Below are positions 45,151 through 57,400 of a stretch of DNA of 64,000 nt, piece by piece (the stretch's first letter is position 1; each line of letters starts with the position of its first letter). Both the position numbers and the translations under genes were made by a program. The notes beneath the pieces were generated by a model, which saw only the letters and a program-made list of their open reading frames with translations, made no database searches and was not told the DNA's origin. The DNA comes from Paraspadella gotoi (taxonomy: Eukaryota > Animalia > Chaetognatha), in contig CM119271.1 of the NCBI GenBank assembly GCA_051294375.1, positions 15,878,770 through 15,942,769 of the forward strand, written 5' to 3'.

Positions 45151-48003
45151 ATGTTCGAGACGAACGAGAAGCGAAGCGACGGGCGAGTCTTCGTGGTGAC
45201 GGGAGCCAATCGCGGCCTCGGATTTGAAGCCACGCGCCGATTGGCTAAAATCGCCGACGACGACAACGACGTCGTCTATCTTTGCTCCCGATCGGTTTAC
45301 AGAGGAGAAGACGCCGTCGAGGCGTTGGAGGCGGAAGGATTGAAGGCGACATTTCATCAACTCGACGTTGAAGACGACGAAAGCGTGAGATGGTACGGAT
45401 ACTCTCTTTCTCTCTTACTCTTTCTCTCTCTCTCTTACTCTTTCTCTCTCTATCTCTCTCTCTCTCTCTCTCTCATTTTGAATCGTTTTTCTACAAGGTT
45501 GGCCTGGGATTTGCGGCATCGTCACGGCGGCGTCGACATCCTCGTTAATAACGCCGGCGTCGCGTACACTTCGCCCAATCATTTTGAGAACGAGTCTGTC
45601 GTCGAGGTAATTTCGTAAAGATGTATTTATTTAATTTATTACTTATGTCTTAACGTTTTAACTTTCCCTCTTCACCCCCCCTAGCAAGCCGAAAACACGT
45701 TGGCCGTAAATTTCTTCGGGACTCATCGAGTCTGCGAACACCTCTTTCCTTTGTTGCGAAAAAACGCAAGGTGAGTTTGAGAGAGACAGACAAACAGGGA
45801 GACAGAGACGGACAAGAAGACAGAGAGGGGGACAGACAGAGACAGAGATAGAAAAAAAAGATAATGTTAGGTGAGGTGGTGCCCGAGACCCTGACTACCC
45901 TACCCACCCCCTTTTTTTCAGAGTTGTGAACGTCTCCTCTCAAGCGGGTCACATGGCGTTGGCGCGAATGTCCAACGATCTTCGCTCGAAATTCCTCGAT
46001 CCTCGAATCAGCGAAGAAGTTTTGTTTCAACTCGTGGATGAATTTCTTCAAGTCGTTCGACGCCAAGACGGCGAGAGCAATGGTAAGGAATGGGGGCTTG
46101 ATGTTGCATGATGTGCTAAGGTGGGTGAGGTCGTTAAGAAATTGGTACAAGCAGTATAAAATTATCCATTCATTCAATAAATAAGCTATCTTGTCCCTTA
46201 CTTTGGACTGGCTATGATAGTTTAAGGTTTCATCACACTCTCTCAGTCTTGTTTAACCCTATAAATGTTAAAATTTCAAAATAGTTTTTTATCAGTTTTT
46301 TTTGTAGATTTCGATTTGTTATAAAAAGTTGATTAAAAGAAATTTAACTCTTTTTTAAAAATTCTTACATTAAGTTAGTCAAAAATTAGAAAAACTTATA
46401 TTTTAACTTAAATTTTTGTATATTATGGTGGACTAAAATCCACCAACCGTTCATCAGCGGCATTGGTGCGGAGGCAAGTCATTCGCCTCCCAACCAAAGG
46501 TCCGGGTTCAGCCCGGTGGTCGTCTGGCAGTTAAGAGGGACGGGCGCTTAACCCGCTGTAACTCGTGTTACAAGCCTGATCCGAAGCTCAGGGACTGCTT
46601 ATATTGAACGCTTCTGTCACTATCACATAACAATAATTACTGTCTCTTCATTGGTGAGCCCGACTTCCGAACGACAACACCAACAACACTTTCAGGCGAC
46701 ATGCTCAACTTCGATTGCACTTTCCGCCAAAACATCTAGAGACATGCCTCAACTGGTGACGAACTTTCACAAAACAACAATTCCTGAAGAGACGCAACAG
46801 ACTTCTCCACGGGAGGGGGGGATGTATGTGACTAAAATCCACCAACCGTTCATCAGGCCATTGGTGCCGGAGCAAGTCATTCCGCTCCCAACCCAAAGGT
46901 CCGGGGTCTAGCCGGTGGTCGTCTGGCAGTTAAGAGGGACGGGGCGCTTAACCCGCCTGTAACTCGGTGTTACAGCCTGATCCGAAGCTCAGGGACTGCT
47001 TATATTGAACGTTCTGTCACTATCACATAACAATAATTACTGTCTCTTCAATATTAAATATAGTTTTTTAAAATTTTTAACCTTCTTAATGAAATAATTT
47101 TTTTAAATGAGTTTTTTTTTTTTTTTACTTTTGACGAAGAATTCAAATCTGCCATCAAAATTAAGAAAAGTCCCTTTTGAAATTTTAGGATTTCTTATGG
47201 ATATATATATATAAATATAGCCTAATGCAAAAATTAAAAAATAAAAATTGATTTTTTTTTTTATAAATTAATATTCATTGGTGATACGTTGTTCATAATT
47301 GATAATTAAAACTTTCATTATGCTCTACCCTTGAATGCTTGGACCGATTTTCTTTTAACCTCCACTTATGGATTTCCCATTTCACAATCTATATTTATCA
47401 TTCATAATTTTTTATAATATGTGCGTAAAACGAGCGCAACCTAAGTTTGAAGAGTGTCCTCTTTTTTTTGTACAGGACTGTCAAATAAGTAAGTATATAA
47501 AATAAGCAGTCCCTTCAGTATTTGATGGAAAGCCTTTCGCCTTCTCGTTTTCTCCTCGTCAAATCCCTTTGTCCAGGTTGGCCCTGCACTTACTACGGTG
47601 TCTCCAAACTCGCCGTCACCGTCCTCTCTTCTTTGCAACAACGTCGTTTCGATGCGAGTCCTCAAAATGACGTTCTCGTCAACGCCGGTCAGTTAGAAAC
47701 CTGATATTCATAATGATAAATACTAATAATAATATTGACTCCTTCCCCCCTCCATTCCTAGTCTGTCCCGGTTTCTGCAACACCCGACTCTCCCAAAACC
47801 GCGGTCCCCGCCGTCCCGAAGAGGGCGCCGATGCCATCGTCGCAGCCGCCCTCCTCCTGCCCGAGCGCGCCGCCAACCCGCGCGGTTCCCTCCTCGTCGA
47901 CGGCGCCGTCCGAGTTCCTCTCAACGCCGCTTCGCTTCCGGTCATGGCGCAAACTCGCGCCGCTTCGCCGCCCAAAAGGAATTCAGAGTTTTTCGTCACT
48001 TAA
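45151..48003 (+). CDS. Carbonyl reductase 1-like short-chain dehydrogenase, multi-exon
   Basis: VVTGANRGLG, GGVDILVNNAGV, TLAVNFFGT, RVVNVSS, GWPCTYYGVSK (YxxxK), LVNAVCPGFCNT. Confidence 0.9.
46527..46598 (+). ncRNA. Twister ribozyme-like fold in LTR1
   Basis: GCAGT-TAA-GAGG-GACGG-GCGCT-TAA-CCC-GC-[TGTAAC/GTTACA]..CCTGA-TCCGAAGC-TCAGG-GACTGC. Confidence 0.65.
46926..46999 (+). ncRNA. Twister ribozyme-like fold (type P5) in LTR2
   Basis: P5 GCAGT/ACTGC; GA-CGG 46938-42; TAA 46949-51; GC; P3 CTGTAAC/GTTACAG; P4 CCTGA/TCAGG; L4 TCCGAAGC 46981-88. Confidence 0.72.
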
Positions 48004-48794
48004 ATTTTCTTCTGGGGGGCGAAGCGTCTGAACCTATAATTGGGATCCGTTATCTCGTCGGGCTCACCATTTATGGCGTCACAAAAGGAAGATATAATTT
48101 TAGTAGAAAAAAAAGTATTTGATATTTACTAGGAGTCCTCATTAATGAGGGAGGAGATAAAAAGGGTTGACGATTATCTTAGTCGCTTTAGCCGACAGTG
48201 GCCGTGCTGACCCCACGATCGATAGTCTTGAGTCGCCTAAAATCCAGGCGATGCCCAGAGGAGATCGTGCGCGACCCTCAACGGCCGCCATTGTCTCCTT
48301 TTCAATTCTTTATTCTTTAATCCTCCGCTTTCACTCTCCCTAAGATTTCCTCCTAGTCAACTGCCTTTGCCTCTCTTCTTGTTTTTGCGCTGGGCCTCTT
48401 AGTGCTGAAAATCCTGTTGAAATTCGCGCTGAACCTTATTTATTTATTATAATTTATTTATTATTTAGTCTTGATCGTTTTTTAGCTAGTTTTCTATTGC
48501 GATTTGTTTGTTTATTGCTGATTCTGTCGTTTTCGATCAGCAGAAATTTTTATTAACCTTCGAATTTGATGTGTTAATATTGATCGTTGATTGTAGGATT
48601 TCTTTTAGATAAATAAAATTATGTTTACCAAGAGCGTGACGCCGTGCAAAGCGAAGGTCCCCGCCAAAAAGGGATACTCTTTCGTGAGGTTTTACAAATG
48701 CCCCTACGACTTTCAGTACACGTGAGATAAATCTTGTTATTTTATACAAATATTCTAGTCTAAATATTAATAGATATTTATATTAACGCTCTAG

Positions 48795-49196
48795 GCTGGA
48801 CCACAACTGGGCCTGGTTGAGTCACATGGCGGATCGCAAGATGCAAATTGCCGAAGTTGACTGCAGCCAATACAGCGACATTTGCAGCAAATTCAATATC
48901 ACCGAGAATCCGCAGATACTTCTCTTCAAAGACGGGATTCCCTTTCGCGTCAGTATACCTCGTCATCTAGTGCGACGAGATATATTTTTAGTTTAATTAT
49001 AATGCGAAAAACATACATAATTACATAGGACCCTGAAAACTTTCAATCACGACTATTCAGTCTAGTTTATTACTTGACTTAGGAATTTCGCCGACTCGAT
49101 TACGGATGGAGCGTCTTGGCTTTCAAGAGGTTCCTCATGGAATACGTCGACATACGCCATAAAACCCTCATTAAGACCAACCCTATTCAATTGTAG
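48795..49196 (+). CDS. Thioredoxin/PDI-fold protein, last two exons; 5' exons (~48250-48660) unresolved
   Basis: LDHNWAWLSHMADRKMQIAEVDCSQYSDICSKFNITENPQILLFKDGIPFR / EFRRLDYGWSVLAFKRFLMEY...IQL*; matches the IAxVDC...IC.KF.I...P.ILLFKDG pattern. Confidence 0.6.
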
Positions 49197-50878
49197 ATTG
49201 TAAACGGTGAACTTAGGTAATATTTTGCCTGATCAACTGAGCAAAGTGTAACTCAAATTACCTCGGTGAAGAAAAGATTTTTCATAATTCAGATAGGCAA
49301 TTTTGAAAATTTTGTTTTTTTTATTTAAGATAGATTACAATATAGTAAAATAATATAATTTTTTTTTTGTTGTTAAATTTCCTTATTAACTCTACTTTTA
49401 TTTTGTTATTAGATTAGTAGATTGATAAATGATAAATTAAAATATTATAAAAAGACTAGTAATAATAATAATGTGGATGCATATATTTAAAGAGATCTGC
49501 AATGTACATATCCTGATATGCTTGAAAAGATGAAAAGAAGTAAAATTATATATAAATATATCAAAGACTCAATCACTCAAAACAAAAATTTGCATCTTAT
49601 CACCAAAGTCAAAGCTCATGAGAATTCTTTGCTTGCTCTCATACGATTTACTTGCCTCATAACATAGCTGATTAATGATCAGTGATTATGTAAGCAGATC
49701 CGTTTATATACTAATGGTTAACAAACAAAAAAAGTATAAGAAAATTCGGCATCCAGCTATTTTTTATCATTAACAGAAGTTTTAACTAAGTTAGAAATAA
49801 CATTCATTAACGTATTTAAAAACATCTTAATCATAATCATATATAATAATAATTAGAAATATCATTTATTAACATATTTAAAAACATTTAAATCATAATC
49901 AAAAAAATTTATGTGTTGGACTCCTAACCCTGTTACCAAACTATGTTAAAGCTAAGTAATAGTCTTTGTCTTAGTCTTAGTAAAACTAAGTCTAAGTAAG
50001 TATATCTTTTAGCTGCTATTTTTTTAAATATTCTAGAGCTTAAACTAATTTAATGTGAATGTTAAGCAAAGTTTTATATTTGAAAAAGATTTATAGTTTA
50101 AAAATTATACCCTAAAATAATCCATTTTATTAATTTAATAATTTATATTTAATTTATTATAATTTGTTTGAATTTATTTAAAATAATGTTTCTCTTCTTA
50201 ATTTTAGTAAATTAGATCATAATTTTGTAAGTTATATTTCTGCTTTAAAGCTACTTTCGTCAATTAAAAATTGCATACTTTTATTTAGTTAACTACTAGG
50301 TAAAGCCAAAAATTGTCTATTACCTACTTAAGAAAATATCTTTACCAAAGTTCACCCCTTAGTAAATTACCGTCTTCGTCGAATCCGTCATCTTGTGGCA
50401 AAAAAAAAACGGTTTTTTTTTTATGCTCGTCCTTTTGTTTGCAGAGACTGTAAGACAGAGAAGGAGATTTGATACAAACTAAGTCAATCGTCTTATTAAT
50501 TATGCTAATGGTTATTTAAATCGTGACAAAAATGGCCAGAAAGGGGGAATTTTCGTGTTCTGTCCCTTGTACATAATTATTTGTTCTAGTGCTCTTGGCG
50601 AAAAAGCGTGAAATTGAAAAGTCACCTTGATGGTGTTGTACCGTTTATTTCCCTCTTTACTTCCACGCCCACTTCTTGTCGTCGCCAAAACTGAGGTTCT
50701 CTCTTCTTTTTTTTTTTAGGGGGGAGGGGAGACGGAGGTAGGGGTTGTGTAGGAATGTGTGACCATTGACCATCGTTCATTGAATCCGTTTTGAGTATAA
50801 CTGATCTGATTGCAACTATATTTTGGGATCAGGGTGACATTCCCAATGTTATCAACTCTGAATGAAGGATAATAATTG

Positions 50879-51712
50879 ATGAGCTTTCGTCCAAAGCGTC
50901 TAAGTCCCAACATGATCGGCCTCCGCTCGCCGGCGGTCGCCTCGATCCGTCGACTCGCGCATTTCCGAGAAATCCCCTCCTTACATCGGAATTCCCATCA
51001 ACTATGTCTCGCGTCGGCGATTTCGCTCTCTCGCTCTCTATCAACTCGATTCTCTCTTTCTCCCACCTCTTCCCCCCGCGCCTTCTCCACCGGATCCCCA
51101 CTCCCAAACGAACCCACATTCGACACCGACGGAGAGAAACGAGTCTACCGAATTCTCACCGAGAAATTTCCCGGCGCCGCCAGCGTTAGAGTCAAAGACA
51201 TTTCCGGCGGATGTGGCTCCATGTACGAGGTCCACATCACTTCTGCGCAGGTGAGAGAGAGACAAAGAGAGATGTAAAATAATAAAAGTTTGTTCCTTTT
51301 ATTTTGAAGCTAATGCGGAGTACAATGTCGTTTCCTCCAATTTAATATGTATATTGTGTATAGTATGTAGTATGTATACTGTATAGTGTATAGTGTATAT
51401 TATGTATACGTGTGGTACTTTTATACAGAGAGTTTTGATTGAAAGCTGACATGGTCCTGCTATGTTGTACATCAAAGGGAGGCTTTAACCCACCATAGTA
51501 AAGATATTAGCTTGTTTAAATTAAGTTTAAGAATAATTTTTATATTGGTTTTACTTATTAATTATTCATAAATAATGAGTTTCCATTTTTAGTTCGAAGG
51601 GAAGCGGACAGTGGCGCGGCATCGAATGGTCAACGAGGCCTTGGCCGAGGAGATCAAAGGAATGCATGGACTCAGAATCTTCACCGCTTCGCCCGGAGAG
51701 ACGGAGGGATGA
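50879..51712 (+). CDS. BOLA3: BolA-like protein 3 (mitochondrial), 2 exons
   Basis: Presequence, then EKFPGAASVRVKDISGGCGSMYEVHITSAQ/FEGKRTVARHRMVNEALAEEIKGMHGLRIFT. Confidence 0.9.
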
Positions 51713-51979
51713 CGGACGGACCCAAGGACTGGCTGGATATTGGGGAATGTATTGTCATGCGTTACAAATTATCCTGGGTTAAATCTGGGTTGATTGAATA
51801 ATAAGTTTATTTCTAATAACAAGACTACGAGTACTATTAGAGAAAATATGCGTCGCTCTTTTGACTTTTATATCATTAGTCAATAGTCATATTTACATAA
51901 ACTTAATTTGAATCGTTTGTCGTTACTTGTTGTTTTTTTCCGATGACTCATCCCTGATCCAGATAAACATTTCTTAGAA

Positions 51980-54445
51980 ATGAATTCCGCGGCGATGAAA
52001 CCCAAAGCAAAGTCGAAAAGCGGCGATCAAACTAACAACAACAACAACGACCTAACCTCCGGCGGCGTCAAAGGGGGAAAAAAAAGAAAGAGCGACGACG
52101 CCGTCTCCAAATCTGATTCCAAAGGGAGCGCCCCTTCGAAAAAAGCAAGGCCTCGTTTAGCGGCGGCGCCGTCGTCGAAGCCGTCGGCGTTTCTCGAGCC
52201 TCGTCTAGGATGGGACGCCATATTTTTCTTCTTCTTTCTTACTCACGTCCTCATCACGATTCTCTGGCATTCTCAGATGATTCTTCCTCGCCGATTCTAC
52301 CCAAAGATCCTGCGCGACCTGACCGAGACTTACTCGCGGGATTGGCAAGACCCGCTCAACTTCTCCGAACGTACGCCAGTCTGGTACATCTCCATCATCT
52401 ATTGCGAGGTCTTTCTCCAGCTTCCCTTTCACTTCATGGCCATTTACGTCTTCGGCACCGGCTCGCACAAGCATCCTTGGTTCAGGTAGATTTTTTTGAA
52501 GAAAAAACTTTTTTTGTTCTTGAAATTTAATAGATTGATAATTTTTATATTAGTTGTCAGATAGAGGGATGAGTTAGATTTCACCAGATTCTCCATTTCT
52601 CTTCCCCATTCACGATCGCGACACCTTTTCTTCTTTCTCTTAGTCTTACGCCTCTTTTCCTCTTTTCCCGTTCCTCTTCATCGAGCGACGACAGAAGAAG
52701 AAGATAGATTTTAGTTCTGTCATGAGTTCTACTTAAGCACGAGAGCTCCCTCTCAGATAATATACTTTTTTGCATATTTTTGGGACTTTTCCTATGTCTT
52801 TACTCATAGAGAGATAGACTGTACCATCAGTTAGGTTGTACCAGTTTCATAATAGTCAGGTCTTTGTATTTTTATGCTAACACATAGTACATTATAGTAT
52901 TCCCTATCCTAATACTTGAGGGAGTGATCCTTTTATACAATAATAACATCGCGATGGATAAGAATCTGGGAGTTGTAGCGGTATTATTTCATACCCCGCT
53001 ACTTGTCCGAGAATCAGCTAATCCGATGATAAATCATGGTAATATTTTCTGACTTTCTATTTGTTATCTTAACAGATCATAACAAATTGTGACATAACAA
53101 ATCATAACAGATTTCTTAATAAATCTTTAAAAAAATCTATAAATCAATTTATCTATCAATCATTAGCAGTAGCTGCGCCAATACCAACTTGCATAATTTA
53201 GTCAACTTGCGTAATTTGGTAATTTTGCAAAATTTGGTCAACTGGCATAATTTGGTCAACTGGCATAATTTGGTCAACTGGCATAATTTTGTCAACTGGC
53301 ATAATTTGGTCAACTGGCATAATTTGGTCAACTGGCATAATTTGGTCAACTGACATAATTTGGTCAACCGGCATAATTTGGTCAATCAATCAATCAGAGA
53401 GAGATAGAGGGAAACTTTTAACAATTCAAATAAATGTGTATTTTGGTTTTCTAATTTAAACTCTTTTCCACTCCTACGATTCCATTAAAAATTTATATCC
53501 TGCTTAATCACATACTTTCCTACCCTCATACAAAATTTCAAGTCAATTGCCCCATCCACTCATGAGTAATTGGCATTCAAATAGTAAAATAAATTTTTCT
53601 GTTTTTTCCATGTTATAAGTTAATGACCGACAAGATTGGGGGGGTGGACAGACGGACCGACAAAGTGAATTATAGAGTCGGAATCTGCGATAAGCAGATT
53701 AGACTAAAAAAAGGACGCGGTTCGCGTTAAAATAAGTTTTCATGAATTTTCGTGCAACACATCGTTTCCTGAAATTTTTTTACTTTTATTTTCTTGAATA
53801 TATTCCGTCGATTTTTTTTTAATATAATTCCATTCTAATTTTATTTTCTCAAATGTTTCCACGTTTCATTTCTCAGAATTCCATCGATCATGTACTCGGT
53901 CCACGTAGCGACGACTTTCATGCCGATCTTCGCCTTCCTTACCTCCTTCGAATCCCTCACCCCCTGCAATCAGTCCAAAGGTCAGGCGAAGGCTAAACCT
54001 TTTCTCTTAATTCTTAATTTGTTTTTTAAATTTAAACGAATATGTAAAGTATAATGTTAAAAATCTGTAACGAACTTCGCCGGAGCCGAAACATAAAATT
54101 GGATTCAGTAAATGGAATTGGATACCGAAGTACAAACGATTGAAATTTTTTTCTCTCTTGTCAGGTCGGTCACACGCATGCGCGATGGAGCAGACGTTGC
54201 GCCTCAAACTCATCGCCGTCTATTACGCGCCCTTCTTCCTCATCCCACTTCGACTCTTGACCTTTTCCGTCTTTAGAACTTACGCTACGGAAGAGGCGGT
54301 GGCGGCGCCCACGAAGCGGACGGTTGTCGAGCGCGCCGAGGCTGCGGTGACGCCACGGGGCACGGAGGGCGGCGTCTATAGCGCCGGACTTGATGGGAAC
54401 GACCTGGATGGTCGATCGAGGAATCGCAGCAAAAAACAAGACTGA
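51980..54445 (+). CDS. TMEM97: TMEM97 / sigma-2 receptor-like EXPERA-domain protein, 3 exons
   Basis: DAIFFFFFLTHVLITI...YPKILRDL..YSRDWQDPL..PVWYISIIYCEVFLQLPF / RIPSIMYSVHVATT / RLKLIAVYYAPFFLIPLRLL. Confidence 0.8.
53180..53385. repeat. 18-bp minisatellite (ggcataatttggtcaact)n
   Basis: About 10 units directly visible in the intron. Confidence 0.9.
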
Positions 54446-57400
54446 CTAGTCACGTGACCAAATAAAAAAAAATGGCGGAAACAAAAAAATATAATTTGAT
54501 TTGATTTCTTTATTTAACGAAGACCCTGTCCAGTCGGTCAATCATACAATCATAGTATTGCGCGTTATTATTTATCTTTTTGGGTGATCTTGACTAATGT
54601 TATGTTATATAAACATGAAGTGATGAAAATTTCAATAAACCCCAGCGGCCTTTGTATCAAATATTTATTTATAAAATATATATTTTTATAATAATTTTCT
54701 TATTTTTATTTTTATTAATGTGAAACAGAAACAGCTCAAATTAATCATTTTTTGAATGCAGTTAAACACAAGAAAGCATCTAACTCGAGTTAATTAGGCT
54801 CAAAAGAACTTAATTCTAGACAAAATACGACGTAAAGAAAAATAAAAATAAAATTCATTTGCCCGAAAGCTATCCCTTCCTGACAGTTATGCTGGACAAA
54901 TACATGCAAAATATGATTCAGATAGAATTTTCTTTAGGTTTTATTTTGAAATTTAGGTATTGTACCAATAGGATAAATTGAGATACTCCCGCTTTGCAAA
55001 AATTTTTATCTAACGACAACGACGACAATGACGACGAATACAATGACGAAGACGACGACGAAGTCTTTGTACTTTGTGACCCGTAATACAGTAGTGGTCA
55101 ATAAGAATGACCTGTTCTTACCCGACCTTGTTATGGCTGATCTTTTTCTCAGCCAATGTAAATACTAGTTGTTGTTGTTATAATTTTTATCATTTTTGCT
55201 TTTTTACTGTTTTTAATAATACCAGTTTTTCTTTATCACAAAAAACACACCTCAAATTTTTCTATAAGTTCTTATTTTGAGTCACCGCAAACATTATTAA
55301 AAAAAATTAATTAATTAATTAAATAATTAATGATGGCGACCACGACAATGATAACACCAACAATGACAAATTACTTGATTGCTTAATTTTTTGATTGATT
55401 GATTGAATATTTGATTAATTGATTGAATAATTAACTGATCAGGTCTGGCATTGTTAGCTCAAACTTGTTTGTTCGTCTTTTCATTATGACAAAAGAAATG
55501 ACGACCATGATGATGATGATGATGACGAGGATAACACCGTCATGATTAATTGAATGATTGATTGATCAATTAAATGAAATTCATATCAGGCCAATTAGTT
55601 TTTAGGTCTTTTTGTCAGGTCACTGACAAAACGACGTTGGAGATGACGACAATTATAACACTTACATTGTTTGATTGATTAATTGATTGATTAGTTAATT
55701 AATTGATTAATTAATTGATTAATTGAATAATTAATGTAGTTTGTATTTACATTTAATAAAAAAGAAAAAAGCAAATAGGGAAACAGGTTTTTTGTTTTTT
55801 TCATTTAAACTCATTTCCATTCAAACGATTATTACATTCTTACAATTTTTCATAGTAAAAATTTCACTTGTTATTTGATAACAAAAAAGATTGTTTAAAA
55901 TTATTCTACCAATGAATTACATTTCTAAAGAGAATATTTTTATAAATAATAACAAATATAAAATTTCTAAAAGAAGGAAGCGATGTGCACTCGAAACCGA
56001 AAGCGATCCGGGCTAAAAAAGTAAGGATTGCACCCGAAAACGGGAGTGGGAGGGGTCTTGGGAAGCGCCGGATTGGCAGCGGCGAAAAATTGATCGCTTC
56101 CACATCTCTGGTTGATATGATAGGAATAGGGATTTGGATGATCTGCGACTCTGTTTTTCCCCGCACGTCTTTTGTTTCTCTTTTCTCTTCTCCTTCTGCT
56201 GGGAAGTTTCGCGGAAAGGGTTTTTTTCGCTCGCTCACTGATTCTTTCGTGCTTAAATAATCTATTCTTTCTTATGTTTCTTTCTTAACATTATAACATA
56301 ATTTCATATATTTCTGTTAAAGATTTTTTCTTTCTTCGAGATCTTTAATCGGGTAATATATTTTTAGATACTTTTTATTATAGGAATAATTCTTTTAACC
56401 AAAATGATATTTTTATGAATCTTATCTGTCGCGCGTCGCCCGCTCCTCTGACTTTTCCTCTTTCTCATCCCTTTTTTCTTCCTCTCTTTTTTCTCTTTTC
56501 CTCTTCCTCCTCCTACTCCTCTGCTTTTTCTTCCTCTTCGATTCTCTGTGTCGAGGACTCTCAGTGGTTACTCTCATCGAAGACAGAAAGAGACTACGTT
56601 AATGTTGTTCGTTAAGCTAAACTCAGTAATACTTATCATTAAATATTTAAGTCGTGTCATAGTCTTTGGTGAGGGAATACTATTCTATTCCGCACTAGCA
56701 TCAAAATACATTTTTTAAATATTTTGTAGTAAAATTAAAATTATCCATTTGTTCAATAAGCATAAAAATTTAACTTTAACATTCCCTTAACATGCACAGG
56801 TAAAATTATATAAGTTAATTAATTTCATATTAGAGTACAGTGCAACAGACAAAAAAATTATATTTTTGCCAAATATTTCGACCTAATTTTGTCATCTTCG
56901 GTGGCAAGAGAGAAAATAATTAAAATAATTAAAACAAAAATAAAGTAAAAAGACCAAAGAGTAAATGACCCTAAAGTCAGTTGAACTTAAACATAACTAT
57001 GAATAAAATTTAAAAAAAATTGGGCCTCTGAATTTGATTATTTTTTATTAAACTGATTTATATAATCAACATTTTAATTTTAACGGACTGTGTTTTCCTT
57101 TTCTTTCCCGCCCTTTCCTGTCTACATACAACTGCCGACCGAAGCTTGTCCTGTGCTTTTTCTACTCCGAAACCCTTTTTTTCTTTTCCTATTCTTTTCT
57201 CCTTTTCCCTTCCTCTCATATTTTCCCTCTCCTTTTATTCCCCCCCTCTGATTTAAGTGCCATGACTTTTTGAAATCTTGCTTCTAAACCATAGTAATTT
57301 GAGTTCACTCTCATCGCATCAATGATTGACTCTCATTAGTAATTGGCGTTCAAATAGTGAAATTTTTAGTCGGACCTGGAATTTTGTATGTGGGTAGGAA

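Larger units (their letters stand above)
46424..47050 (+). mobile_element. Second TRIM family with tRNA-like and twister-containing LTRs, in an SDR intron
   Basis: LTR1 46424-46650, LTR2 46823-47050 (ending TTCA); PBS TGGTGAGCCCGAC at 46652; PPT gggaggggggga 46811-46822; TSD ATAT; tRNA-like tggtgcggaggc...gggttcagcccgg. Confidence 0.85.
46255..47290. repeat. AT-rich palindromic MITE-like host repeat (interrupted by the TRIM); same family flanks the DIRS-like element (31000-31207, 23109-23500)
   Basis: gaattcaaatctgcc..aattaagaaaag at 47140 is the reverse complement of 31180-31210; 46310-46410 resembles 23115-23200. Confidence 0.5.

Noticed and set aside
53149-53389. Repetitive ORFs (LTKLCQ)n / (VDQIMP)n, or a CRISPR-like array
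   Set aside because: Simple 18-bp head-to-tail minisatellite with no spacers, in a eukaryotic intron.
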